Assembly (NCBI GenBank): GCA_951406725.2
Contig: OX597817.1
Location: 49,166,001 to 49,230,000, forward strand
Direction: 5' to 3'
Length of the DNA: 64,000 nucleotides
Origin: Octopus vulgaris
Taxonomy: Eukaryota
Shown: piece by piece, positions 14,340 to 29,000 of the stretch
Layout of the letters: every line of letters starts with the position of its first letter
How positions within the stretch are numbered: the stretch's first letter is position 1
Translations under genes and position numbers: made by a program
Notes under the pieces: model-generated
Database searches by the model: none
What the model saw: the letters and a program-made list of their open reading frames with translations, nothing else
Told to the model about the DNA's origin: nothing

Positions 14340-14600
14340 ACGGGAAAACAAAAAAACAACAACACGTGGAACAATTACAGTATTATTATTAATAGGCGCT
14401 CAGGAAATATGGAAGCAGGAAGGTATGACGTTTCGAGCGGAGCTCTTCGTCGGAAACATAAAGAAGGAAGAGAGAGGAAAGAAAGATCCCAAAGAGGACA
14501 ACAAGAGATGGAGAAAAAAAAACGACTGGTGTTTACGAAGTACACATGGTGAAAGGCGGAAGTTTACGATAACAAGAGCAAAGTAGGTTTTTAAAGCCAA
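14340..14600 (-). mobile_element. Short element with hammerhead-like motif (Penelope pLTR-like)
   Basis: 14421-14460 minus strand reads CCGACGA-a-GAGC-tcc-GCTC-GAAA-cg-TC; adjacent to a (TA)n run. Confidence 0.45.
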
Positions 14601-15186
14601 AAGAGTGGAGACATATATATATACGACGGGATTATTTCAGTTTCCGTCTACCAATCTACTCATGCGGATTTGATTGATCCGAGGCTACAGTAGAACAGAC
14701 TTGCCCGATGTACCAAGCAGTGGGACTGAACTCAGAACCATATGGTTGGGAAGCAAACTTCTCACCACACAGCGAAGCCTCTGCTAATACTTAATTAAAA
14801 TATTTGCCCGTTCTACAGATCCGAATCAATTCATTAAGATTAGATGCGTTTAATACCTCGTCGACTCCAGCTGCATGTGTCACCGACATAAATAACATTA
14901 TAGAATTTTTATGAAGAATTGATAAATTAAGTAAGAGAATACAAGATATTTGATTCAATTATTCGATTAGATATTTTGTTACCGAGATTCTGATGCTGAT
15001 TCAAAGATCTCATTCCTAATTGAGACCGTTTCAATTAAGCACCTCTGCAAAAATATTCACGTTAATCGAGCCAATACGTAACGTATATTTAGTTATTTCG
15101 TGTAGCCTGTTGATCAGTTATCGAATTTCTGGGAGTTAGGTTAAAAATTTGTATTTTGTTGTCTTATTTCTCGAAAAATTATATTT

Positions 15187-15350
15187 AATTCTGAGTTCAA
15201 ATTCCGCCTCGGTTGACTTTGCCTTTCATCCTTTCGGGGTCGATAAATTAAGTACCAGTTACGCACTGGGGTCGATGTAATCGACTTAATCCCTTTGTCT
15301 GTCCTTGTTTGTTCCCTCTGTGTTTAGCCCCTTGTGGGTAGTAAAGAAAA
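15187..15350 (+). mobile_element. SINE family S1, 5'-truncated
   Basis: ttctgagttcaaattccgcc...tttgcctttcatcctttcggggtcgataaattaagtaccag...gtagtaaagaaa. Confidence 0.85.
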
Positions 15351-16633
15351 ATATTGTAGTGGGAAGGAAGAATAATTTAGTTTGTCGAATCTGCCCTGAA
15401 ATTTCACCATGTTAGTTCTCCTCAACGTTAGAAGAGTGACTAATATGTACGCACACAAGTAAACTTTCTATACTACTCTGTTACCGAAACATGTATAGTT
15501 TCCTAGATGTAGACTAGCAACAAAGTTTTTGGTTTTCGCATTACGGTAGTGATTCTCACGGAACGGTTTCATGCAAGACATTTTCCCCTTAGACCGGGAA
15601 ACCAAACGCATAAGAAAATTCAATAAGGTGCGTAATAAATAATTTAATTATTACATATGTATCATATATGTAATGCATAAAATACCCTGCAAACTGCGAT
15701 GGTCAATAAAATATAAATAGGCCCGGCACTAAATGATCTCATCTGGTGGTTGCGGGGGCCTTGTCTTGGAGGACTGATTAAGTGATTCTAAAACTGACAA
15801 ATATCAGCACTCACCAAATACTACTACCCAATTCCTCGTCTTGATCAATGAAAAGACAGGACAGAGCTTGTATCCAGAACCTCTTTCCTTTACCGTCATG
15901 ATTAACAAGTGTAAAATGATTAAAACCAATCTTAATTTTATTTGCAATGTCTTCGTCTCTTTTCAGTACTCTGAGATCCCCCACAACAGCAGGGGCTTGG
16001 CCCCACACCTACAAAGGGACTGCGTTCATAGAAACTTGTAATAAATATATTTTCAAGTGAAGTGAAACTAAAATGGAAAATGACAAGCAAAATGCATAGA
16101 TCAATTTACAATTTATGCGGCATTACATAAACTGGTGATGATTTATATTTCGTTAGCCATTAAATAGGATCATCATAGAAATGTTATATACTTGAATTCA
16201 TTATTTATTGCTTTGGTTGCCTTACCCATCACGGTCACGGCCATTCTAGAGCATTGCTTTTCTATTTCTCTTTTCTCGTTTAAATTTTATTTGCTTCAGT
16301 CTCTGGACTGCAATCATGCTGGAGCACTACCTCCAAATGTTTAGTCGAAAGAGCGGTCCCCAGTTTTTGTTAAAATACTTGTATTTATTCTATCAGTCTC
16401 TTTTGCAGAACCGCTAAGTTACGGGGACAGAAAGAAAATATTTTCATTGGGTTTTAATTTCTAATTTGAAATTTTTTCCAATCTCATTTAACATTTAAAT
16501 CGATGCACAATGCAAGTATTTTCAGTGGTCTTTGGGGCCGAGTGTTATATAAACCACAATTCAGGGGAAAAAAATCGTCAGAAAGTCCCAAGTTCAATCA
16601 CCACTAAAACAGCACTTCGAAAGTATCAAGAGA

Positions 16634-17040
16634 CTCTACTCTTTACTTGTTTCAGTCATTTGACTGCGGCCATGCTGGAGCACCGCCTTTAGTCGAGCTA
16701 ATCGACCCCAGGACTTATTCTTTGTAAGTCTAGTACTTATTCTATCGGTCTCTTTTGCCGAACCACTAATTTACGGGGACGTAAACACACACACCATCAT
16801 TGGTTGTCAAGCGATATTGGGGGGGGGGGCAAACACAGACACACAAACATATACACACATACATATAAACATATATACAACGGGCTTCTTTCAGTTTCCG
16901 TCTACCAAATCCACTCACAAGGCTTTGGTCGGCCCGAAGCTATAGTAGAAGACACTTGTCCAAGGTGCCACGCAGGGGGACTGAACCCGGTACCATGTGG
17001 TTGGTAAGCAAGCTACTCACCACACAGCCACTCCTACGCC
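16634..17040 (-). mobile_element. SINE family S3, full length
   Basis: Reverse complement of the 10818-11200 type. Confidence 0.88.
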
Positions 17041-17211
17041 TTAGAAGTCATTACCTAAGTGGACCCGGCTCTCTTAGAGTGTCAGGAAGAAATGGGTCGA
17101 AACACTTGCTTGACTGAAGTTCTTCCTCTAAATATTTCACGTCTGAGCTCTAGCCTTGTAGCATGTTTGTACTTAACTTGTAATTTTGCTTTATGTTGAA
17201 TTATAGTAAAA

Positions 17212-17594
17212 CTAGCAGTATCGCCCGGCGTTGTTCGGGTTTGTTTTGACCCTTTAGAATTGGAATTTTTGAAAAGTATTATGTACCTTGTTATTCTCTT
17301 CAAGTGAACATTTTTCTGGTTGAAATACACCGAAAAATGGCGACACAGCAGTCGAAAAATCGTAAAAAATAGGGATTTTCATAGAACCCCCCCCCTAACC
17401 TTTTTGATGTAAATAATTTTTGGTGTTAACATGGTCCGATTTGAATTTTTTCTTCTACAGAAGGAAGAGCAAGCCTTCTTCTATCATACTCTCAATTTTG
17501 GCCGACTTGCTCCGCAGGGTCTCGGAGGAGATAGTGTTAGTTGAAGGCTACCAAACCTGTCACACACAGACAACTTCAGCTTTATTTATATAGA
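17212..17594 (-). mobile_element. Non-autonomous Helitron, family A, complete
   Basis: Minus strand begins A|TCTATATA and ends cccgaacaacgccgggcgatactgCTAG|T. AT target, no TSD. Confidence 0.85.
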
Positions 17595-18665
17595 TTACGT
17601 AGAATTGTAGTAAAACTACTGAGGACAAATATTTAGTCGAGGACCTATGTCTAAATCTCTCTACGCCAGGAGAGGTCTCTTACGTTTATTCCCCTCAACG
17701 GACATCAAGGTGATAACCTACACGATCATCTTGATCCAAATTATACTATTCTGCCAGGAAGACATTTGTGATGACGTGATAAATACTGAAAGATAAAAGT
17801 AACCAGTCAATAACTCTGTAACTATAAAAATTCCCTCCATCAGTATATTTCTGTTATTTCTCTCCAATAAAAATATATTCATGAAAAACTATTCAAGAGC
17901 TTAACATGCGGTTTATATCCATCTACTGGATCATTTCACTTTTTCTCTTACGTGACTGACATTAATCTCTCTCTCCTCTGCTTCATTAGTCCGTATCCTA
18001 ATACATCACTCAGTAAGGTAATACTCGGTTTATAATTTCTTTAAACAGAGAAAGCCTTTTCTGGAGAGCGTAAAGAAAATTTTAAGTCAACTAATCATAT
18101 TTTTTATATCGTGCGTGACCAACAGTCATCTGCACCATATCTATTAACCATACACTTTCAGTTATTTTTTGGCGTTTTCATTAAGCAGAAAATTGATGGT
18201 GTATTACTTAAAGAGATTTCAGCGAATCGCTTGGTTTCTTTTCTCTCATTAGTTTTACCAGTAAAAATTAGTCTGCTGGGAAATACAAACACTAATGGAT
18301 CTTTTCATTATATTTGTTGGTGTTGTTGCTCCCTTTCCTGCTTTTATAACTATTATTGCTGTAACCGATGTCATTTCATAACTAATATCGGTTTAAATGC
18401 TTGCTATAAGATATCATATTATTATTAATATACTGTTTTGTTTACATCCATATACACACATACTTACATACATACGTACGTACGTACATACATACATACC
18501 TACGTACGTACATACATACATGCATACATACATACATACATACATACATACAGAAAAAGACAGAGAGAGAGAGGGATACACACACATATGTATAATATAT
18601 ATATGTATATGTATGCGTGTATATATATGTATATATGCGTGTATGCAAATATATGTATGCATGCC

Positions 18666-18711
<46 letters not shown>

Positions 18712-19203
18712 GAGTGTGTGTGCTCCAGCATGGCTTCAGTCAAATGACTGGAACGAATAAAGAAATAAGAGTAAAAGAATACGCACACACACACACATAT
18801 TCATACATATACACACACATACACACACACGCACGCGCATACACATATATTCCTTGCAGTACATATAGTCAGGGAGCATAAGTCAGATATAATAGTGATC
18901 TTGGTAATTATTAAAAAGTTAAATGATATATCATATGATTAAAATGAAGTTCCTGTAAGGAAGCTACACGGCAATAAATCAGCCGAGCGACGTCAAGACC
19001 AGGACATGGTTATTAATACGAAAGACCTCATATGTTGTTAAATACGCCATAAAGTTGGTTTTACATCTGCTCATTAGTTAGTTTTTGTTTCCTTTTTAGT
19101 GAGTTTTGCTATTAATAGTCGTATTCACATTGCTTTTTAAGTTTCATATATTGCGAGAGACATCCTTAAAATACGTTTTAAACTTTTTCCAGCGTAACGT
19201 ATA

Positions 19204-19422
19204 CAGTAATCACTCGCCATATCGCTGTTCACCTATCGCGGTTTGTTATTTAAGATTACGTCGATTTCTCCGTGGTGTTGTTTTGCGGTTATAATAAAAT
19301 AAATATATACAAATTATAAAAATAATTAAAAAAATATATTGTACAGTAGTGTTTCTACTTTGCGGATTTTCATCTATCGCGGGGCTTTTGGAACGTAGCT
19401 CCTGCAAAGGTCGAGGGATTAC

Positions 19423-19424
<2 letters not shown>
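19204..19424. mobile_element. Tigger/pogo-like MITE
   Basis: TIR cagtaatc.ctcg / cgagggattactg, TA at left; sister copies at 19750 and 60624. Confidence 0.8.
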
Positions 19425-19464
<40 letters not shown>

Positions 19465-19749
19465 AAAAGGTAGAAAATGCTAAAATAATTTCATCATGAA
19501 GAGCATTTTAGTACCGGTTTCAGCCTTTGCAACTTTTTCAACTTACAGTAAGGCATGAAAAACAATTAAATTGTGGAAAAATTAAATGAAATGCTTTTTA
19601 AAAATATTTCCAGCACTTTCTACCGCGTCTTATTTTCCTTATACATATCAACTCGTGCGTTCCTTTCCAACCTTCTACACGTGCGCGCGCGCACACATAC
19701 ATACATACATACATACATATATACATATATATATATATAAATACACACA

Positions 19750-19963
19750 CAGTAATCCCTCGCCATATCTTGGTTCACTTATCGCAGTTTATTCTTTAAG
19801 CTTACCTCGATTCTTCTGTGGTGTTGGTTTGTATTTATAATAAAATATATACAAATTATAAAAATAATTTTAAAAATATACAGTTTCTGTTTCTACTTCG
19901 CGGATTTTCACCTATCGCGAGAGGTTTTGGAACGTAACACCCGCAATAAACGAGGGATTACTA
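19750..19963. mobile_element. Tigger/pogo-like MITE, second copy
   Basis: TIR cagtaatccctcg / cgagggattacta; internal sequence matches the 19204 copy. Confidence 0.8.
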
Positions 19964-20111
19964 TACACACTTCCATTTCTTTTAGTATCTGAAGTAACAA
20001 TCGACTAGGAGATAAGAAAAATGTCTTAAAATAAAGGTCGCCACATTATTAACTTCGGCGAGCTGGGAGAACCGTTACTATATCGGTTAAAATGCTTCAC
20101 GGCGTTTCGTC

Positions 20112-20425
20112 TGTTGTTGTTGTTGTTTGTTCCTTCTCGAGCCACGCCTGGCTCATAAGGGCCGGTTTTCCGGTTTCCTTAGCGTATAGGTTCCCCATCT
20201 GGATAGGACGCTAGTCCGTCGCAGATGAGCTGCAAGATGCAGGAGGAAAGAGTGAGAGAAAGTTGTGGCGAAAGAGTCAGCAGAAGTTCGCCATTACCTT
20301 CTGCCGGAGCCACGTGAAGCTTAGGTGTTTTCGCTCATAAACACACATCGCCTGGTCTGAGATTCGAACTCGTGATCCCTGGACCGCGAGTCCGCTGCTC
20401 TAACCACTAGGCCATGTATCTCTAC
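20112..20425 (-). mobile_element. SINE family S4, abutting an S1 head remnant
   Basis: Reverse complement of 6806-7100; (TTG)n tail. Confidence 0.85.
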
Positions 20426-20426
20426 A

Positions 20427-20464
<38 letters not shown>

Positions 20465-20489
20465 AATGTATGTTTAAGAGCTATACCTA

Positions 20490-20719
20490 TTTCTTTACTA
20501 CCCACAAGGGGCTAAACACAGAGGGAACAAACAAGGACAGACAAATAGATTAAGTGGATTACATCGACCCCAGTGTGCAACTGGTACTTATTTAATCGAC
20601 CCCGAAAGGATGAAAGGCAAAGTCGACCTCGGTAGAATTTGAACTGAGAACGTAACGGCAGACGAAATACTGCTACGCATTTCGCCCGGCGTGCTAACGA
20701 TTCTGCCAGCTCGCCGCCC
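20490..20719 (-). mobile_element. SINE family S1, full length
   Basis: Reverse complement of S1; TSD agctataccta on both sides. Confidence 0.9.
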
Positions 20720-21605
20720 AAAAGCTATACCTACGCAGATAAACCAATACTCTCTGGAGGAGCATAACTGACCCTCCTTCATAGACCTAGTGCCTCTTTC
20801 TATAACCCTAAATTAAATAAATATGCTCTTGGATTTTCTGTCTTTCTCATACTCACTTAGCTTCTGCATTATCAAATAAGTAGAGTGCCTGTATTGTTTT
20901 CATACCTGTACTCTTTTTCTATTTTCTTACTTCGCGAATGACCTTGAGAAAAGTAACAAAAAATACTCAGTATTCCCTGCTGTACAAATCCGTCAGCTTG
21001 TACCTGTGTTAGAAATTATTAACAGATCTTCCATACAGTATTGCTAAATCTAGATGTGAATATTTTAATTATGAGCGTTTTGCCTTCTGGTTTCTGATTT
21101 CAAATAAGGCCAAAATGAAAGTAGATTTCCCCCTTCCGTTTAATTAAATATAAACCTTTAAAAATACACCTAAATACATGCACGTGTGTATGTGTGTTTA
21201 TACATATATAGATAGATAAGTACACAAACACACACACACACACATACACACTCACACACAAACACACACACACACACTCATTATAAGCTTACGGCAACAT
21301 GTGTTCCGGTTGATCCGATCAACGGAACAGCCTGCTCGTGAGATTAAGGTGCAAGCGACTGAGCACTCCACAGACACACGTACACACAAAGTAGTTCTCA
21401 GAGGGATTCAGTGTGGCACAGAATGTGACAAGGCCGCCCCTTTGAAACACAGGTACTACACATTTTTGCCAGGTGAGTGGACTGGAGCAACTTGAAATAA
21501 GTGCCCTGCTCAAGGACACAGTGAACTACAAGGAACCGATCCTGCGACCCAATCACTGAGTCATGTGCCTTAATGCATAAATACATGTATACATACATAT
21601 ACATA

Positions 21606-21763
21606 GGCGCAGGCGTAGGTGTGGTAAGAACCTTGCTTCTCAACCACATGGTTCCGGGTTCAGTTTCACTGTGTAGAACCTTGGGCAAGTTTTTGCTACT
21701 ATGGCCGCGAGCTGACAAAAGCCTTGTGAGTGGATTTGTTAGAAGGAAACTGAAAGAAGCCCG

Positions 21764-21796
<33 letters not shown>

Positions 21797-22020
21797 GTAT
21801 ATATGTTTGTGTGTCTGTGTTTGCCTACCAACCCACCATCGTTTGACAACCGATGTTGGTGTGTTTACATCCCCCTAACCTAACGGTTCGGAAAAGAGCC
21901 CGATAAAATAAGTATTAGGCTTCCAAAGAATAAGTTCTGGCGTCTATTCGTTCGACTAAAGGTGGTGCTCCAGCATGGCCGGAGTCAAATGACTGAAACA
22001 AGTAAAGGAATGAAAGAATA
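21606..22020 (+). mobile_element. SINE family S3
   Basis: Same layout as the 10818 copy. Confidence 0.85.
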
Positions 22021-22717
22021 ATTGAAATATGCTATACATATAATGTGTTTTTGTGTATGTGTGTGTTTTTGTATACGTATGTGTGTGTATATGTGTGTGT
22101 GTTTTAGTGTGCGCATGTGTGTATATGTGTATGCTTTTGTATGCGTTTGTGTGTGTATATGTGTGTCATTTTGTGTGTATGTGTGTATGTGTATGCGTGT
22201 GTTTTGTGTGTGTGTGTGTGTGTATACATCCCTTCCCTTCTATAACTATTGATCTGTGCTCAGTAAATTAAATGTATAGCTTTTCATTGTTTTTCGTTCG
22301 GTTCTCTGTCTGTCTGTCTATTTATCTTGCAATATTTTTCATATTTCATAATTACCTCAGTCTGTCTCATTAGTTGTCTCCCCATGATGTTCTTCCACTC
22401 ACTATCTCTCTTTCCCATTCTTCTGTTTGTCTCTCGTCGCTTCTTCTCTCTACCTGTCTTCCTCTCTTCCTCTTGTTCTTTTGTCCATGGCAGACATTCA
22501 GTGTTTTTTGGTTCACGGTAGCCACACAATTCCCTTTTCCAAACTTTCTATCAACATACCTCTGCACTTTTTTTTCTTTTTACATGTGTATACATACACA
22601 CATGTACTCATACACCATGCATACGAATGTATGAATACATGTATGTATGTGAGGCATGCATGTATACATAAGTATATATATGTATGAATATATATATATA
22701 TATATATATATGTATGA

Positions 22718-22758
<41 letters not shown>

Positions 22759-22772
22759 AATATATATATATG

Positions 22773-22804
<32 letters not shown>

Positions 22805-23030
22805 CATATACATATATATATATATATATATTTACACACATTTGTGTCATTCACGCGTTCTTGATTACAAACACATTCTCTTTTTTTCTTTTACTATTTT
22901 GTTGGGGTTCACTCCTTAGTCTTGTTCCATTACACACATATGTATGTGCGTGTTTATTCTATATATAAATTTATATATTACGCACATTTATACATATATA
23001 TATATACATATATGTTATACACACACGCAC

Positions 23031-23065
<35 letters not shown>

Positions 23066-23485
23066 TACATACATACATACATTTATACAAATATATGTGT
23101 GTGTATATATATATATATATATAATATATATATATACACACACATATTTACATATATATATTTATACACACACACACATACACACACATATTCATGTACG
23201 TATCCATTATCAAAATCTATTTGTCATTCACGGTTACCTCACACCGCACATACACCACTTCGCTTTTACACTTTCTTTCTCGTGCAACCTCTCCCTTTCT
23301 CTTTCTCTTTCTCTCCCTCGCTCTCTCTATCTCTCCCTCACACACACACACACGCACACACAACTGTTTCTCTTATTCATCTCTCGTTCTTCGCACAGCT
23401 ATCTTCATAATATCATTAACAGCAATACCTCTTAAATGTTTTATTTTTCAGTCTCTGGAGCTTTTCTTTCTATTTTGTTGTTGTT

Positions 23486-23520
<35 letters not shown>

Positions 23521-24128
23521 GTGTGTGTGTGTGTGTCTCCCTTCACCTCTTAACCATCCTGGCCCTCGCTCCACCCCGACGCCAATCATTCACACTTCTT
23601 GATTAAATGTTATTTCGTATGTTTGCCTAAATAAAACATTATGTGATGCAAGATGATAGCAACAATAAGGCAATTTCATTAACTTTCCTGACATCTAGAG
23701 GAGAGAGTTCTCCGTTCTTCAATGATTCAGCTACAACGCGATACCCCTGAATATGAGGATAAACATACCAACACTCTCTTCACCACCAAATGACTCCCAC
23801 CACCACCACCACACTCACACCCTTTATCACTATCACCATGCTATTCTATCCCTTTTTTTTCATCCAGCTTACTCTCTCATCACTCGTTGATTTTCTGTCT
23901 ACTTTCGCCCTCATTCTTCATTTCTTTTTCTTTGTCTTTCTTTCGCAACGTTTACTTTCTTCGTTTTCGATATTGGTCTCTATGTAGGTGTTTGTTCGCA
24001 TGAGACTTTATGAATATGCATGAACCATCGGTCGTTGGTTGTATGTGTGCTTAACTATAGAAATATACGCATTTATCAATGCTCATATTACATAAATACA
24101 TCCATACGTACATACATACATAAATACA

Positions 24129-24174
<46 letters not shown>

Positions 24175-24191
24175 ATATATATATGTACACA

Positions 24192-24409
24192 CAAGGGGAT
24201 GCTGAAAGTTTCCCGGCTTTGGGTAAAAGAAAATACAGGAGGATCAGTTAATTATGATTTTATAAGATATATTCTCCTCTCAGGTTCGCACATTTATTGC
24301 AGCGGTCCTTCAGTTTTTCTAAACCTTGTAAAAGAACTTGGAGGGTTTGTGCCTCCAGCCAGGCCTTTCGTGACACCTTTAAAGCCAGGAAATTTTAAGC
24401 ACCCTTTCG
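24192..24409 (-). mobile_element. Mariner-derived MITE (~220 bp)
   Basis: TIR ggggatgctgaaagtttcccggcttt / aaagccaggaaattttaagcaccc. Second copy at 56003-56223. Minus strand retains a transposase-like C-terminus (EKLKDRCNKC.NLRGEY). Confidence 0.75.
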
Positions 24410-24410
24410 T

Positions 24411-24491
<81 letters not shown>

Positions 24492-24521
24492 TGTATGTAT
24501 GTATGTATGTATGTATGTATG

Positions 24522-24552
<31 letters not shown>

Positions 24553-24789
24553 ATAGGGAGAGTTTACGAAAAAATAAAAGACGAAGACAGGTGGTGTACA
24601 AAACAAACAGATGTATTAGTATAACACTCAGGAAAAGAAAAAGTCTTTGAGTTGAGCACAAATGGCGTAAAAGAGCGAAGAGAGAAGATTAATGAGAGTA
24701 TTACGTAAAGTTCAAAGGATTTTTGACGTCGTGGTGTATTGCAAGGATTTTTCATCAAGAGTAGAGTCCACAGTGATCCGTAGTTAGGA

Positions 24790-25470
24790 GAGGTGGGGGC
24801 CGACCTGCTCGAGATGCGGTCAGAGCGACGAAACCGTTCTGCACGCATTCGAGAGTGTCCAACCATTTCCGACCTGTGTGCCTATGTCGAACGACTGCTA
24901 TCGCGTGTGGGGCGAGTCAGTTTATCAACCGAGTCTATCGTGAATATTGTCGCGCCTCCTTCCTTGAAACGGGAAGGAAGAGCCATTTTCATCGTACTTG
25001 TGGCTATGACAAAAGAATGTGTATGGTGGACGCGTCTGAAAGGTCTAAAGGCAAACACTTTCCTCTCTGGTGAATCTCTCATCAACTTCTTCAAGTATCA
25101 CTTGAAGAGGAAGGAGAGAGTAGAGAGGGAAATTTTGTCTCGTGAATGTTTCAAAAAGAGATGGGTGAATGTAGCAAGGATGGCACGTGTGAATGACGGA
25201 GCCACCTTGAGCGTAATCCTATGAACCAGAAAAAGAAAGGAAAAAAGAGAGTCAGTTACTGCAATGTGTTTTTTTTTTGCCTGACATTATGGCCCGAGGT
25301 TACCGAGGTCTTTTCTGTAAGCTTTTCTTTCCATGGATAAACCTAATCAGTTTCCCATTTTACACTCTGACATTTCTGTGATACACAATCCCTGTTGATC
25401 GACTTCCCCCATTTTTTTTTCCACGACTCCTTTTGATCGAAATTCTACCCCACTCATTTTCCTTTTTTCA
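24790..25470 (+). mobile_element. Tx1/L1-clade non-LTR retrotransposon, 3' fragment (zinc knuckle and C-terminus)
   Basis: PTCSRCGQSDETVLHAF..CP (CCHC knuckle, with a frameshift) followed by ORF to 25224 (KECVWWTR...FKKRWV). Confidence 0.7.
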
Positions 25471-26354
25471 AAAAAGCACGTGAGTGGTTAGACATATATG
25501 CATATCTCTTAATGCACCTATGTATAAATAGATCCTTGTGTATATGTGTGTATAAATGGATATGCCTATAAACTTATAAGCATACAAGCAGGTCCATGTA
25601 AGTGCTCACACACTAAACAAAACATAAATATATGCGAGTATATCTATTTGTGAATATATATAAAATTTGCTTTGCAAACTTGGCAAAAAATGAATAACAG
25701 TTGAGGTTTTAGAAAATCTGATATTTCTCGGAGCTATCGTCATATTGAATAAATATATTTATAAGTCGAGTCTGACTGGTGAGTATTTATAACATATTAG
25801 TAATCTATAAATAAAAACTGAATGACAAATCTTTTCCGTTTGTCGTTTATTTCATCACGTTTTCACTAAGATCTGTTGATTTTTTTTTTGTCTAATTTAT
25901 ACTTAATATTTCAGAGTTAATAAAATAACTGCTAGTTATATATTGGATTTAATCCAGTCAAGTATATCTCGTCCCTCGGGATATATTTATATATATATAT
26001 ATATACACACACACACAGAGTAAATTCCAACAGCATCGCCGCCGCAGCCCCCCCCACCACCACCACTACCACCACCACCACCACCGTCGCCACCATCCGT
26101 CATGAAAACCTTCATCACTATTCACATGGTTATTATTGTATCTCATTTTCTCTTCCAACTTTTTCTCTCTTTATGCCTAAACTCTCTGTCTACTTTCGCT
26201 TACTCTCCACCCTTTCTTTCTCTCTCACAGGGTAATATGCACACTTACATACACACACACATACACACACATATACGCAAGCACACACACACATGTATGT
26301 ATATGTGTATATACATAGCTCTCTGATAAACGGCATGCCTACTCATGAATTCAT

Positions 26355-26635
26355 TTTTCTTCGCCCTTTTCAAGCCTAGCCAGGTTCATAGGCCCAGTTT
26401 CTCGGTTTTTGTGGACGCCGGTCCATCGCAGCGTTACTCAAGAAACAGGAAGAAAGAGTGAGAGAATATTGGGGCGAAAGAGTACAACAGGGATCGCCAC
26501 CACCCACTGCCGGAACCTCGTGGAGCTTTAGGTGTTTTCACTCAATAAACACACACAACGACCGGTCTGCAATCGAAACCGCGATCTTCCGACCGCGAGT
26601 TCGCTGCCCTATCCAGAGGGCCATTGCGCCTACAC
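26355..26635 (-). mobile_element. SINE with S4 head/body and S5-type tail
   Basis: Head matches 31662; tail matches 40525. Confidence 0.75.
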
Positions 26636-27161
26636 ATATACTTATTAAGACATTGATATATGTTATTAAATTACACTGAAGGAATAGAATTCATATCTCA
26701 GGGTAGAAATGGCCGTGTTGAGAGAAGACATGACGGCCAGACGGAATGATACACAGTATTTAGTTTCATTCTTCGAGGTTTTGATTTCACATCTCAGTGG
26801 TATTCACGTTTCTTTGCAGTTTATGAAGATAGATAAAAAATATATTATGTTTCAAACTTTGACACAAGGTCAGCAATTTCGGGAGATGGCTAAATCGATT
26901 ACATTGACCCCCAAGGTTCTCGACGGAATTTGAACTTTAGCGAACTGCTGCTAAACATTTTGCCTGGCATGCTAACGATTCTGCAAACTCGCCACCTTAA
27001 GATAGATAAATATATACTGGAGACTATGTGTGGTTCAGAAGCTCGCTTTGCGACCATGTGGTTTCAGATTCACTCCCAATGCATAGCACCTTGGGCAAAT
27101 GTCTTCCATTATAGGCCTGGGATGACAAATGTATTGTAATTGAATTTTTGAAACCCGTCGT

Positions 27162-27245
<84 letters not shown>

Positions 27246-27294
27246 CGTGTCTATGTCTTTATGTTTGTACTCACACACGCAACCACTGCAACAC

Positions 27295-27990
27295 CGTGCT
27301 GCGTGTTGCGTTCTTGTGGAAGACACTTTATCTCGCGTTGCTCCAGTTCACTCAGCTGTAGAAATGAGTTAGGCGGCGAGCTGGCAGAAACATTAGCACG
27401 TCGGGCGAAATGCGTAGCCGTATTTCGACTGCCGCTACGTTCTGAGTTCAAATTCCTTCGAGGTCGACTTTGCCTTTCATCGTTTCGGGGTCGATAAATT
27501 AAGTACCAGTCACGGACTGGGGTCGATGTAATCGACTTAATCCGTTTGTCTGTCCTTGTTTATCCCCTCTGTGTTTAGCCCCTTGTGGGTAGTAAAGAAA
27601 TAGAAATAGGTATTTCGTCTGCTAAAACGTTCTGAGTTCAAACTCCGCTGAGGTCGACTTTGCCTTTCATCCTTTCGAGGTCAATGAAATAAGTACCAGT
27701 TACGCACTGAGGTCGATATAATCGACTTAATCCGTTTGTCTGTCCTTGTTTGTCCTCTCTGTTTTTAGCCCCTTGTGGGCAAGAAAGAAATGAGAAATGC
27801 GTTGGGACGTCATTGGTGCAAAGCTGTATGGGCCCTTGCCTTTTCCTTGGATAACATCCCTGGTATAGAGAGGGGAGGTTGGTATGCATAGGCGACTGCT
27901 GGTCTTCCATAAACAACCTTGCCCAGACTTTGCCTCGAAGGGTAACTTTCTAGGTGCAATTCCATGGTCATTCGTGACCGAAGGGGGTCT
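27295..27990 (+). mobile_element. SINE S2 interrupted by a dimeric SINE S1 (27371-27792)
   Basis: S2 resumes after the TSD agaaatgagtt (27360-27370) / agaaatgcgtt (27793-27803). Confidence 0.85.
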
Positions 27991-28729
27991 CCGAAGGAAA
28001 TGTACACTCATACATATATACATACATTTATACACACATACATATTAGCATACATACACATTGTGAGTGTACAAGCGTGTACTTATATCCATATGTACGT
28101 ACGTACGTATGTATATATGTATGTATGTATGTATGTATGTACGTACTCATGTATCTATGTATGTAGATGTGTGTGTGAGTGTGTTCTTAGGTTCAGTAAT
28201 AAAAATAGTTTTGCATTAATCTGATGGGTTTCTCTGTACTTTTGTAGAGAACAAATCTATCATTCTTCGGCTAATCTGGCTTAACTGACTGTAACTTCGT
28301 AGTCACCTTGAATAATATTCTTGTTTAAGTGGCTGTGTGGTAAGGAACTTACTTCCCAACCACATAGTTCCGGGTTCAGTCGTACTACGTGGCACCTTGG
28401 GCAATTGTCTTCTACTATAGCCGAGGACCTTTGAATCCCAAGCTATTGCAATGTCCTAACTCTGGAGGGGATATGCGGGATCTTCAGAATAGTGTAGTGG
28501 CATCCTGTTCGGGGTTAGTATTACTCCTGACGCCCAAGTTTAGAGCCAGCCTTTCCAGGACCTCTCATATGTATATCACCGCATACGTCTCGCCTTTGCG
28601 CCAGACTAGAATCGCAATTCTTTCAGTACTTTCAGTAGCTCAAATGTTTCATTGATGCAAACTTATCGGTATAACATCGCTGAATTGCCTTGTGTTCAGC
28701 TATCAAATTGACGCTGTCGAAGAGTGATC

Positions 28730-29000
28730 ATTGTTGAGAGCAGTAGTTCAGACATTGAGGAAAAATAACAGACTACGAAAGAGCACATGACAAGCATCAA
28801 TTATCCGAAGCGTCAACTGCAGCATATCTCGTCGCTGCTGCAGATCAACCTGTCACAGATGGCTATTGCACAAGAAAGCATAACGTCCACCTACGACGGA
28901 CAGGAGAAGAAGAAGAAGAAGAAGAAGAAGAAGAAGAAGAAGAAGAAGAAGAAGAAGAAGAAGAAGAAGAAGAAGAAGAAGAAGAAGAAGAAGAAGAAGA
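28730..29000 (+). mobile_element. Probable RTE-like LINE 3' end with (GAA)n tail
   Basis: Degenerate sequence ending cgtccacctacgacggacagg followed by a ~95-bp (GAA)n tract; the LINE call is tentative. Confidence 0.35.
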
